A DNA stretch of 64,000 nucleotides from Entomortierella parvispora E1425 (lineage: Eukaryota; Fungi; Mortierellomycota). How positions within the stretch are numbered: the first letter of the stretch is position 1; each line of letters starts with the position of its first letter. The stretch is taken from assembly GCA_020891255.1 (NCBI GenBank), contig BQFW01000015.1, forward strand, positions 1,674,001-1,738,000. The letters run 5' to 3'. Shown one piece after another: positions 25,406-37,060 of this stretch. The notes beneath the pieces were generated by a model, which saw only the letters and a program-made list of their open reading frames with translations, ran no database searches and was not told the DNA's origin. Position numbers and translations under genes: made by a program.

Positions 25406-25703
25406 ATATACGGGCTTCACCCAAGCTTCATGGGTGCCTGTGTTTTTTCTGCGCAGTGCACATATTCCCAGCCGTAGTCGTTGTCTTTGTTAGTTTTTCT
25501 CAAAAGCCCCTTTTCTGACCCTGACATTGACTGGCAATAAACTCGCATTGTTACGCTATGCTTCTGCCACTTGCCAAGAGATCACGTGAGTGAAGAACCC
25601 AAAGATCGTAATTGCTCCACATGCCCTGTGCATGCCCCTGGCTGACAATGCATGCAAAGCTGGACATCTCCTGCACATACAACGCGAGAACAAAGAACCA
25701 TCC

Positions 25704-28112
25704 ATGTCAGCATCTGCAAAGGACGAACCGGCAACCATCACAGAGCGCCTTCAGGCTCTGGAAACCTCATCAGACATCCTGCCAGCACAGATTACCGAGC
25801 TTTCCTCAGCCCTCATCATATCTCTTTCTCAGGCCAGTACAGAGACGGACAAGGACCTAGTACGGACTCAACAGCAACTCTTTCTGGACCACAGTGCCAC
25901 ACGACTTGAAAGCAGTATCCCGTCAGAGGATGCAGAGGGCAAGAAGGTCGCCGATCTTCTCTTGATCAAGGGCGCAATCGTGAAGGGACTCTTGCGGATG
26001 GTCATGAACGACAGTCCTTTTGCTGGTGCCTTGCTCTCTCACCGGATCTATTCCATTATCCTCCGGTTACCCAGCGACACTATCTCAGAGATGGATACAG
26101 TACCAACAACCGCATCTGCGACAACACGTGCAGTCACAGATATTAAGCCTATGGTCGCGATCCTGCTCTCCAAGACGTTTGAAATGGCGCCCAACAAGGA
26201 TGCTGTTCGAGACAGGAGTATTGAAATTGTTCTGACCGACATTGGATCCGACAAGGTCAAGACTCGATCGGCCGGATTCGGAGCCCTGGGATTGATTGTG
26301 CAAGCAGACATGACGATTGGAGCCGGGATCTTGAACAAGGAAGGACTGTTGGTCGAATTGATGGACTGTATAGAGTTGGAACCCGAAGATATGCAAATCT
26401 CCTTGACAGAGACCTTGTCGATGGCCTGTGCAGATGCAAAGACACGGACCGCCATTGGATTACACTGCTCCGAGTTTTTGAAATCCATCGTATTGAAGGG
26501 CGCCACCAAAAACCAGCATTTGAAGGGTGCAGCGGCTGTGGCTTTGACCAAGATCTCGCTGGCAGAATCTCGCAAGGATCCTTCTGTGGGCATGAATGGA
26601 CTCGACGGTGCAGCAGCCGGAGGCGCTGGGTCCAGCAAGGCTTCGTCCGCCAAGGGAGCTGCGGCAGCAGCAGCAGAGGAAGCACAGCTGGCAAAACTCT
26701 TTTCAGGACTCTTGAAGGATGACAAAAACGACAGCAACAGCGCCATTCAGCTGAATGCGGTGGAAGGTTTAGCGTATGCCAGTATTCAGCCTCCAGTGAA
26801 GCACCTCATCATCTCGGATCGGGCCTTGCTCCTCTCTCTTTTCCATCTCGCAGAAGAGACAAAGAGTAACCCTTTGAAGTACGGTCTGATTATCATCTTC
26901 AACAACCTCACGGCTTTCAGGAAACGCCTCAGTCCCGAGCAGGAACAAATGCTCAAGTTGAAGAAGATGGCGGGTGCGATGCCCAAGAGTGAATCTGGTA
27001 GACTCTCCAATCAAGACCATGACGATCCTCTGGACGACGAACCAGTGGTGATTCAACGGTGTGTCACGCTGGTCAAGTTGGGCGTGATGCCCGCACTGCA
27101 TGCGATCGGCGCTCAGGCCTCAGAGAACATTCGACAGAGTCTGGCGCAAGTCCTCAGGAATGTGATCACGCCAACGGAGACAAGAGGCCTTTTGGTCCAA
27201 CAGGGCGTAGTTCGACTCTTGATGCCCATGGCTTTGCAACAGCCTACTCAACAATCCTCTTCATCTGAGGGCACAAAGACAGCGGCGACTCAAGCGTTGG
27301 CCAAACTATCCATTACACTCGATCCTCGCTTGACGTTCAAGAATCAGCGGATACCGGAGCTCGTCAAGCCTCTGATCTGGTTGCTGGAGAGCACGGATCA
27401 ACTCTGTCAATTCGAGAGTTTGATGGCCTTGACCAACTTGGGATCCATGGGGGATGTGCAAGTCCTGGGCCTGATAGTTCAAGATGGAGGCATCGAAAAG
27501 ATGGAAAACTTGCAGTTCTCCGAACATAATTTAGTTCGACGCGCGGCCACGGAGGCTCTTTGCAACATGATCTTTTTTGAGCCGGTATTTGAGATGTACA
27601 GCGATCCCAAGAAGAGTAAGAACAAGATTCATTTGATGCTTGCCCTCTGTGACACGGATGATTTCATGACACGACGAGCAGCCTCGGGTGCTTTGGCGGT
27701 CTTGTCGACTAGTCAAGACGTCTGCAAAATGATCATGGTCGAAGGACGTGGATTGGAGATCTTGACATCCTTCATTACCTTGGGTGTTCCCAATGACAAG
27801 TCGGACGACCCAGCGCAAGTTGAAGCCAGAGCCATCGAGGATGTCATGTCAGACCAAGAGTCAGCCAGTGCTGCCGTTATCGACCATGCCACAGCAGTCG
27901 GCCGCATGGACGAGTTGCGCCATCGGGGAGCAGAGTGTGTCAAGAACCTGGTCACGATCGGAGGCAAGGAAATAAGCGAGAAGATTGCGGCTCAGGGTGG
28001 TATCATGCAATTGGCCAACCTGATCAAGGCTAGTGAGAGTGATGCAGTGCGACATTGTGCCATGGAGGCCCTCAAGGCCATGTCTGAGCAGGGCATCAAG
28101 TTGTCTTCATAA
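25704..28112 (+). CDS. SHE4: UCS-domain myosin chaperone (UNC-45/She4/CRO1), single exon
   Basis: ARM-like helices; AVEGLAYASIQPPVK, TRGLLVQQG, AATQALAKLSIT, LCQFESLMALTNL, VRRAATEALCNM and RRAASGALA; start taken at MSASAKD. Confidence 0.88.
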   Translation: MSASAKDEPATITERLQALETSSDILPAQITELSSALIISLSQASTETDKDLVRTQQQLFLDHSATRLESSIPSEDAEGKKVADLLLIKGAIVKGLLRMVMNDSPFAGALLSHRIYSIILRLPSDTISEMDTVPTTASATTRAVTDIKPMVAILLSKTFEMAPNKDAVRDRSIEIVLTDIGSDKVKTRSAGFGALGLIVQADMTIGAGILNKEGLLVELMDCIELEPEDMQISLTETLSMACADAKTRTAIGLHCSEFLKSIVLKGATKNQHLKGAAAVALTKISLAESRKDPSVGMNGLDGAAAGGAGSSKASSAKGAAAAAAEEAQLAKLFSGLLKDDKNDSNSAIQLNAVEGLAYASIQPPVKHLIISDRALLLSLFHLAEETKSNPLKYGLIIIFNNLTAFRKRLSPEQEQMLKLKKMAGAMPKSESGRLSNQDHDDPLDDEPVVIQRCVTLVKLGVMPALHAIGAQASENIRQSLAQVLRNVITPTETRGLLVQQGVVRLLMPMALQQPTQQSSSSEGTKTAATQALAKLSITLDPRLTFKNQRIPELVKPLIWLLESTDQLCQFESLMALTNLGSMGDVQVLGLIVQDGGIEKMENLQFSEHNLVRRAATEALCNMIFFEPVFEMYSDPKKSKNKIHLMLALCDTDDFMTRRAASGALAVLSTSQDVCKMIMVEGRGLEILTSFITLGVPNDKSDDPAQVEARAIEDVMSDQESASAAVIDHATAVGRMDELRHRGAECVKNLVTIGGKEISEKIAAQGGIMQLANLIKASESDAVRHCAMEALKAMSEQGIKLSS

Positions 28113-28174
28113 AGATATCAAACGAAATTTAATATTTGGCAATAGGGTATTTAATGAGCTATCTACAGTGCGAA

Positions 28175-30635
28175 TTATGGCGGTGTGGCTCGTCGTGAAG
28201 GTGACGAGAGGGGAGAGATGGGAGTAGATTGATTTTGAGATACTACTGAAGCGACAGGAGGTGTTGTTGTTGGTGAACCGGGTCTGGAAGCAGGGGCAGT
28301 AGAAGCGCTACCGTTTGCAGAGGCTGGATCATCAATATCGCGCTTGCAGAGGGGACAGTTGCGATGTATCCGAAGCCACTCATCGACACATTCCTTGTGG
28401 AAGTAATGGTTGCACTTCATCTTTCGCAGTTCTTCCTCGTCCTCGTATTCACACAAGCAAATAGCGCACACGGCATCCTGTTCGTCTTCCAGGGTAAGGT
28501 ATTCGACAGGTAAATTATTGGCCACTCCTTCAGAAGCAGCCGGTTGTCCTGCAAGCGAAGCCTTCTTGACCCTTCTAAATCGATTCATCAGGTTGAACTT
28601 TGACCTCCTCGGTGTAGGTTGAGAATGGCTGGCTGGCAGACCACTAGGTATTGAGATAGATGTGGCTCCCGCCGAAGGACCAGCCCCTGTCGTTGGCGCA
28701 GTAGAGCCGTCCGAACGGTCTGACATATGAATCACTGACCCCACTCCATCTGATCCATCCTCCGGTAAGTTGTCGCCCAATGATTCCTGAGGCGCTGATG
28801 CTGGCTTACGGTACCTCACGACTGGAATGGCTGCAATCATCTCCTCGGTAGCAGCCTTCAATCCTGAGACTGGCCCAACGCCCATAAATCGCATCGCCCA
28901 CAAGACCAATGGCAGGCAAAGGATCACCGCCAAGCAGAGCAGGATAGGGATCATGATCTGAATGTAGCCCAAGACCACGTAGACGAGAGTCAAGTAGAAA
29001 ATCCCAGGCGCCTGATCTCTGCAGTCATGCAGAGTAAACAGGAAGTAATTGCACAAGAAGAACAGACAAGTTCCTGCAATCTCCATCAGCGTATTCTGTC
29101 GATCAAGGAACAAGTCGCGCGAGGTAAGAGGCGCCCCTTGGACACGCGGGTGCAGGTGCGCGTAAATGGTAAAAGGCATTTTGATAATCGAGCGGGCAGC
29201 ATAGAGAATGATCAGGACTTTCAGATAAAGACAACCCGAGGGTGAGTCCCTATCGACGATGAGAACCACAATTGTGGCCAAGATCTAAGAATGCGGCGCA
29301 AGAACAACGGGTTAGAAACTTGGAAACTCAGAAACTGCCCGGACGTTGCCACCAAAAGGGGCAGAGGAAAGAAGGGGGCGTCATCTGCGAGTCATCCGGG
29401 ACAACCACTGAAAAAAAGTTGTGCACCACCGAGGATCGAAATGGGGGGCACAAGTCCTTTTTGGCTCCCCCGACTGACTGCCCCAGACTAACTGACGGAT
29501 TGGCTGGGTAGGTGGTGGATGGTGATAAAGGCCCTGATAGTACTCTCCCGAGTATGACTCCTTGTCTGTATCCATGCAGTCAAGAGATCGGGTTCAATCA
29601 CCGAAGCGCTGTTGCCGTCATTGTGGTTACGTGTTGTCATTACAACCATTGCTTTACGTGTTGTCGCACTGTGCAGCTGTCAGGGAACTCTGCAATCCAG
29701 ATTGTAATCGACGCTTCACCCCTGCTGGCTGGGCTCAAAGGGTCTGGTGCTAAAATAGACAATCTCTCTCGCTCTCTCTGCTTGCCTAACATCCAGCTGC
29801 CCGTGGTTACCTTGAGAAGAGTCATGATTGAACTCCAGACGAGAATGACGCGCGAGCGTCGTGGTACCTCCGTCCACCTCCCAGATAAGCGAGCAATCAT
29901 ATTCCGTCGAACCTGCCTTCCCCCGGCAGGCATCGATGCAGAGTCAAGAGCAAAGTCTACGACTGATCGTGGCCGAGAAGCAGCGGCGGCAGCATCGGCA
30001 GTAGTGTCGATCACTCCCTCGTCCTCATCTCGGTTCTGGTGTTGTTCCCCGAGGTGGTTAGGGATGGGGCCTCCCTCGATATCATGTGTTGTGGTGGCAT
30101 TGGACCCTGATAAAAGGGAGTCAGAAGTAGACATGTCTGTCGTCGGGGTTGCTGCGGTGGGAGAAGGAGGAAGGGCCAGCGGAGGATAAGAGGCCATTGT
30201 TTCGTCCTTCAGCAAGAGGGTATCGGCTGCAAGTACGGAATGCGATTCGGAATGGTCCAGAGGACCGTCGGCAAATGAGTCTTCTGCAATTGGATGAGGA
30301 ACGTTGTGGAATGAGGACGGGGACGATTCAGCCGAGGGCATGAATGTCAATGGGACCGAGACAATGGGGTACGGTGAATTCGAAGAGGGATGGTATGGAG
30401 GATACGAGAGACGGGCCGAGGAGGCGTGTGACGAGGGAAGGTGCAAGGGTAAGGATCGCAGTGAGGGAGGAGGAGCAGAGGAAGACGTAGAGGCGGCAAG
30501 GGAAGGTGGAGATGGTGGAGAAGAAGGTGGAGAAGAAAGTGGAGAAGGTGGAGAAGGTGGAGAAGGTGGAGAAAGTGAAGAAGGTGAAGAAGCAACGAGA
30601 GGCCGTTGGCGCGTCTCTGGAGAGGGAGAAGTCAT
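28175..30635 (-). CDS. Multi-pass membrane RING-H2 E3 ligase (2 exons; intron 29285-29810)
   Basis: Ser/Pro-rich N-terminus, several hydrophobic helices, C-terminal CAICLCEYEDEEELRKMKCNHYFHKECVDEWLRIHRNCPLCK. Confidence 0.85.
30509..30590 (-). repeat. 9/12-bp microsatellite-like coding repeat (Ser-Pro-Pro)
   Basis: Reiterated GGAGAAGGT units on the + strand encode SPPSPPSPP on the - strand. Confidence 0.75.
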
Positions 30636-31340
30636 GGCTGGTGGTGTGGAAGAGAGCAGGCCGAATGAAAATCTCGCTGCAGTGTCAGTTGGACCCTTGC
30701 TTTTCCTGCCTGTCTGCTGGATTGCTTCCTCCGTCTTTGTCAGCAGGAGAGGAGGTGCTGGGAAGTGAAGTGAGGAGTGGGTGGAGAGAAGGAAGGAGGG
30801 ATGCAAGGAAGCAAGGAAGCAAGGAAGAAAAAGAGTGAAGGCAACAACCGAAGAGAACAAACAAACAAAGGCGCCCGTCCTGGTCAAGAGGCGAAGCTGG
30901 TCCAGTTGAACCTGGCTTTGATTTAATGCAACAGAGCGGTGCAACTGTGCAGTGCATGTACTGTGCAACTGTGCAACAACAACGAGCACATCATCGCCCT
31001 TTCCCCCGCTCAAAACAACAGCAAAAGGGTCGACTCTTCATCCTGTCCATCCAACCCCTGCTTTCCACTCTCATTCGCTGATGGTTTTAGGACGCCCTTT
31101 TGTAGGTTCTTCCAAGAGCAGCGCGGCGTGTTATCGAGGCAAGACCATGGCCATCGAACCTTTTGATATGGATTTTTATTTTTTTTCAATAGATATTGTG
31201 GGTATTACATTTTCGTACAACAGAATGAAATGAACTGCAAACAAAAAAAAAAAAAGATAAAGATGAAAGCTACAGTCAAGAGTGAGAAACACTGATGGAA
31301 GAAAGATGAACAAACCAGTTCTTGTCTCTACAGCACCCTT

Positions 31341-34300
31341 CTACTTCTTGATGGCCCTGTAACAGGACGCGTACATGTTCACACGGTCAATTGACACGCC
31401 ACTGCCAGGCACGCGCACGCCAACGGCCTCCACCTTGAATCCATACTTCTCAAAGAGTGCGTTATACCAAGGCTGGCGACCTGCACTCCTCCACAGAACC
31501 ATGCCTCCAGTGCGCACAGCCCGGGCAACTTCCCGGATCTCCTCGTCTGCGTCCTTGGGGTCGAACCAGTCCATGTGATCCATCAGAACCGCCTTGGTCA
31601 ACTCTCCATCCTTCATCGACCGCAACACTTGGATGATCGACTTTGTGTGTAACATCATCGAGTCTGTTGATTTGTTCTCCCTCAAAGACGTAAATCCAGC
31701 CTCGGTCAGGTACGAAGGGCAGGACTCTGGAGTGTACTTGCGGTTAACAACCAAGTTGTAAAAGTACTGATCGTCCTTGAAGAGCGAACGGTTCATAATT
31801 GGATCCAAAGTATCGTAGATGTACTGAACCGCATTGCCTTCGTCCAAGATCAACTTCATCTGGTTAATGGGCACACCGAGAGCATTCCAGAGGAACGCGG
31901 GGTGACTCAGAACCCACTGAACCAACCACACGGGCAACGTCGAGGGCTTGACAACGTTCTCCCACAGATGTTCCTGGGTGGAGATCTGGTCTGTCGTGGT
32001 AATTTCCTGCACCACCTTCTTGAGACCCTTGATCTTGACCAACCACTTGAACAATCGCAAGGCCAGTCCAGAATAACCAGTCTCGTAAAAGCTTTGGTCA
32101 AAAGTGTCCCTGTTCTTGTACCAGAACTGCAACGCAGTCGAAGAAAGCGAGGGCGAAAGCTGATCAATCAAAAGGCGGCGGAAATCTGAATGGCGGCCCT
32201 CACCAAACATTTGCCAGAACTCAGAGTGGGGCAGGTTGTTGATACAGGCGAGCTTGAGTTCGAGCAAATGGTTCTGGCAAGGGTTCATGTCCACGCAATG
32301 GATCCTGGCTGGCTGTCCTTGAAGGGCGTACTCGAGGGCATTGTCGCCAGCAGAGGTGATAACAAACATGACATCGTCCTTCTTCAAATCAAGAACCTCA
32401 AGGTCGATTCGGGGATCCTCCCAGGTGAATGCGTAGATGTAGGAACGGAACTGAGTATGACATTCCAGGGTTGGATCATAAGAGAGTCGCCACTGACTTT
32501 GCTTAACGCCAAATCGACTGTCGACCTTCTGGTGAGGGACCTTTTGGGGAGAAATCGAGGTACCCACGAGTGTGCTTGAGGAACCAACACTGCTTGGGCT
32601 GTCTGGTACAGAGTCCTGGCTAGCGTTCGAGTCCGTGGACATGGAGCGGGGTCGCAAGTCGCTTGTCTGCAACTGAAGGGGTGCTGGTTCATCCATTGGG
32701 GCGATAGGGTCCAGTGAGATACTAGAGCCGGCCATAGAACGAGATCTAGAGAGGGTATCGACTTCAGAAGCACGAGTATCCTTCTTCATTTGACCAATCC
32801 AGGCGTAGTAAGGGATCTGCACGACAAAGGGAATGACAAAATGGTTTCGGCCGTTGATGGCTTTCTTGACGTCGAACCGGTACTCAAGATACTCGCGACG
32901 TGAAGCATGAAGGTGGACGTGATCAAACGCAAACCAGATCTGCCAGAAATTGCGCGTAAACCAGTTGCAGTGGTAGTCTTCCACACCGTGAGCGCTGGCT
33001 TTTTGGACACTTGTCGAAGCGTAAAAGTCGGAAACTCCCAGGAAACCTGTCTTAGGCTTCAGCAGCTTTTGGACGTGATCGATGACAGCGTAGTAGTTAT
33101 CCATCATGGACAGGGAATAGGACATGGTAACCACATCCATCTGACCCACAGGGTTGGCCATACCAGGGAAGTCCATGCCAAGAGCATCCTCGCAGAGGAC
33201 AACCACGTTCGTCCAGCCAAATTTTTGGAAACGTTCCCGGGCAACCTTGCACAAGGAAGGGCAGAGATCGACCAGGTAGACACGTTCAAACTTGCTGATA
33301 GGGAAGTGGTTGTTCATTTGCTCAATGTTCCAGCCTAAAATTGACAGAAAATTGAGCACAGAAGAAATAAAAAATCCCACGGGTGTGAGTCGGTGTGGAG
33401 CGAATTCTGAGAGCAAAGGGAGGCAAAGGACAAGCAATGGCCAGAAGGCGCACAGTCGCTCCTTCTTACCGGTACCACCGCCAAGGTCAACCCAGATCGG
33501 GGCCTTGGAGGATCCAGACTTCTTGAGCTGGTCCTTAAGCTGAGCAGCAACGAGCGCAAGCATGGTGCTTCGACCACGCAAAAGACCGCCGCGAGTTTCA
33601 TCATAAACTACAGTGAGAGACAGAGCAAGCTGTTAGCCGGTCGAGGAAACTGTAGACAACGATGGAGAGTGAGGGTGATAATGAGAAAGGACCCCCCACA
33701 TTAAACCGACTAAAATTTCAGAAACTCTTGGAGGATGATAAAAGCGGGAGGGGATGACTGGTGCAGGGCAGAGTGGATCCGCCGCGTTGGTTTGCGAAAT
33801 GGCTAGGGGTGGAAGGGGTACAACTCGAAGGGGGTGAGAGGAACTGAGGGGGGAGGTGGGCACACAACAACAGCATTTACAAACAAAGTATCGTCAGCTT
33901 CCTTCCCCGACATCTTGGACCACAAACACACTCGAGGCGCACCTCCAGCTTCAATAGTCAGTAGTCTTGTCACCCTTACTCCTATTCTGAGCCAATCCCC
34001 GACGACATGACGCTGCCAGACATCTCAGACCCAGTTGCGCCTTCTCTCACAGTCTCTTGTTGGCAGCCAGTGCTTGCTCCATTCGATCACTCCATGGCCA
34101 GTGTTGTCTGTTGTCCTTGATCTCTCTCCTGATCTAAGTCCTTACCCACCCTCCTTTATCCCCAACCAAACCTCTTCATGCAGCTTACTGCATGGCAAGA
34201 AGAAGTTTTCTCAATCACTTTGAGGATCACAAACAACCAACAACCATGGGATTTCGAAACACTCTTGTCCTTGACTTTCGTCCTTATTTTTTGATCGCAC

Positions 34301-34811
34301 CTCTCTCCCCATTGCTGCAACCGAACATGTCATCGCTGAAGATAGGAACCACTGGTCCCGTTTGAATTGGTACCTGCGACATCATTTTTTTTTTTTTATC
34401 GCTGGATCGATACCACCCTTCTTTCGAAATTGCCCACTCCCCTCGTTTTCAAAATTCGTCATTGGTTTTGTGGTCAGTAAAGAACCCGTACAGCAAGAGA
34501 GAGAACTTACTTTCTGCTTGGTCCTTGTAAAAAGCCTCTAGACGACCCTTTTGGTTGGAAACATCGCCGGTTTTTCCGAGGGGCTTGAGGAAACAGGAGT
34601 AAATGAACTTGAGAGGTGCCTTGACCTGATCAAGCGACGCGATAAGGAGCATGACAAAGGCTGCGACCGCACCCAGGAACGCCAACTGGGAAGTCACCAT
34701 CATCTCCTGAGCTTTCTTGAAGTTTCCGGTCGTGTTCAATAGATACAGGGCAACGGATGTGGAGGCCACCATCAACGCCACCGTCGAACCAGAGGCTGCG
34801 GGTTTGTGCAT
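31341..34811 (-). CDS. BTA1: Betaine lipid (DGTS) synthase, BtaB methyltransferase + BtaA/DUF3419 fusion, 3 exons
   Basis: N-terminal membrane anchor; IYDETRGGLLRGRSTML, WVDLGGGTG and VTMSYSLSM (methyltransferase); YIYAFTWEDPRID, ITSAGDNALEY, CVDMNPCQNHLLELK and MDHMDWF (BtaA). Confidence 0.93.
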
Positions 34812-36789
34812 GGTTTGGAATATATAAAAAAGCAGAGGAATTCGCCGCTATAGAGACTCTCTCGAGCTGTTACTGATATCGCTGTTGCTGTAGTTCCTGT
34901 CAGGGGAAACTACGGTACGTAATGGTTCTAGCCATGATAAGAAGAATGTCGAGGTCAGCACCCTGATCCATAGATATCAAAGTACCTGTTGACATTGTCG
35001 AGAAGTTGCGTGTATCATACTTTGTTTTGTATTCTTCTACCGTGGTTGACTTCAGATACAGAAGCGATACTCAATGGTGGAGTGTTGTTTCAGGTAACAG
35101 TGGCAATGGTGACAAGTGGAAGAGTGAAGAAAGAGGGTGGGATTTCAGGAAAGAACCAAAAAAAAAACAATGAATCTGAGGTGAAGAGATAAAGTGGGGC
35201 AGCAACGACCGATAACAGACGGCAGGGGGTTTTACAAAGTTAAAGGAGAAGTTGCAAAGAAGGGGTTCTGATGGGTACAAGGGGAGGGGGTAGAGGTGAA
35301 GAAGAAGAAGAAGACACAGAAGTTCGCAAGTCAGAGGGAGGGGAGGGGAAAAAAATCAGAAAGAAAAAAAATGAAGCGCGCTTCTTTTATTTTTCACGCC
35401 CCTTTTACAAAAACAAGCGCGTCCTCTCTGTTTGTGGGCTCTCGTTCACCTCTTGAATACTGTAACTCACTTTTGGGATTGAATCAAAAGTTGTTATTGA
35501 TATCACCCCTTCTTCCCAATGTCCTGGGTTCTCTTCTCGTCTGCCAGGGACAACGCGTCCGTCCTTCTTACGACTGTTTTTTTTTTTTTTCTTCGAAAAA
35601 CACCCTCCTTCTTTCCCTCCATTTTCTCGTTCCTTTGTTTCGGAACAGTAGAAAAGGAAGGGTCAGGATCAGGAGTTGACTCTTCATCTCTTCACCAAAG
35701 GCATATGATAGTCATATGGCACAATGGCCGCCTTGTCTTCTTTAACACAACAGTACTAGACAGTAATTCGCCTTGCGATACGCTGTTTTTGGTTAGAAAC
35801 GGATTGGATAAAGAACGTGGACCGGCCATTCAGACCCTTTCTTGTGCAGGAGCGTGGTCTCGTAGCGAAGCAGACATTGGGAGATGGACGTATCGGACAA
35901 GTTTGTGTTCACTTGAACCAGGGTCATGGACCAAGATTCGAAAGCTTTTTTCTTTTCTCTTTTTTTTTTTTGGGTGAATAGAACGGGCTACAGCAGCAAC
36001 GCACGGCGACAAGAGCCTGTGTCTGGGCGTAGTAGCGAACGCTCCACACACCCCTGCATCGGAGCCACGTTCGTGTTGTGGTGGCCAGAAAAATGGCACG
36101 GACACGTTGTCATCCACAGGTAAGAGGAATGCTCGTACTGCACACGCTCATTGGTTCGGCTACATACCCCCAAAGATAAAGTATCTTCTGATACCTAGAC
36201 TCAATCCTTACTCTTCTCCCAGACGCGTCGATTGCTGACAGTTTTTGCTTTTTAGCTTCAACTTTTGGGCTTGGGGAAAAAGAGCAAAGAACCGCGGCAA
36301 TGGGCGGATAATATTCTCACACTCACACATACATATTGACGCACCACACAATAGCCAACTACCCATCCAAAAAGAGAGCAAACAAAAAAAACGAGCGACA
36401 ACAACAAAGCGTCATGGGAGATATGAGAAGGATAAAAAGACGCAGCATTCAAGCGCGTTGATATTCGACAGATCCTTTTTGCGTCCCACATGCGCTCGCC
36501 GTCGTGTCGAATTGGGAGATCACCAGAAAACGTGTCCGCTCTCAAGAGATTTTAATGGCCAGGTCGCATCACGAAAATTAAGTGGGAACTACTCTAATCT
36601 AAACACACAAAGACCCACAGAGAGACGATATTGTCCGATATGTCCTTTCTGGACTTCTAGTCCTTTCTTCTTCTTAAAGACACTCACTCTTCCCCTCTTT
36701 CCCTTCCCCTCTTTCCCTTGATCTGTATTTCGAGGCTCGGTAATATTGTCCAGTCAGAAATATAGTTAAGGGTATAGCGCGGTCCTGGT

Positions 36790-36816
36790 CACGTGCTTGT
36801 GATTTGATGTCACGTG
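36790..36816. promoter_or_regulatory. Two CACGTG E-boxes (bHLH sites, Pho4/Cbf1 type)
   Basis: CACGTG at 36790-36795 and 36811-36816, both in a GTCACGTG context; the target gene is uncertain (about 2 kb upstream of BTA1, about 55 bp upstream of the tRNA). Confidence 0.4.
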
Positions 36817-36870
36817 ATTCAGTATCCTTGCGAATGGCTATGTTCCAAAATTCCGGAAGATATCAGAAAA

Positions 36871-36941
36871 GCGTGGTTGGTTTAGTGGTATAATTACCGC
36901 CTGCCACGCGGTAGACCCGGGTTCGATTCCCGGACCACGCA
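36871..36941 (+). tRNA. tRNA-Gly(GCC), intronless
   Basis: Acceptor stem GCGTGGT/ACCACGC plus discriminator A; anticodon arm ACCGC-CTGCCAC-GCGGT; T-arm CCGGG-TTCGATT-CCCGG; TTTT Pol III terminator at 36945-36948. Confidence 0.97.
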
Positions 36942-37060
36942 ATCTTTTGCGCCGTGTTACATTTTGGATTGGTGATCTCGCCGGTCCGACCTAGAAAAGT
37001 GTCAATATTTTTTTTTTTTGGCTTTACTGTGTGCAGTGTGTATTAATACAATACTTCCTT

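Noticed and set aside
33960-34060. CTGAGA on the - strand of the long BTA1 intron as a TPP riboswitch
   Set aside because: The downstream ACCC...GAACCTGATC...GGGA elements are absent, and BTA1 is not a thiamine gene.
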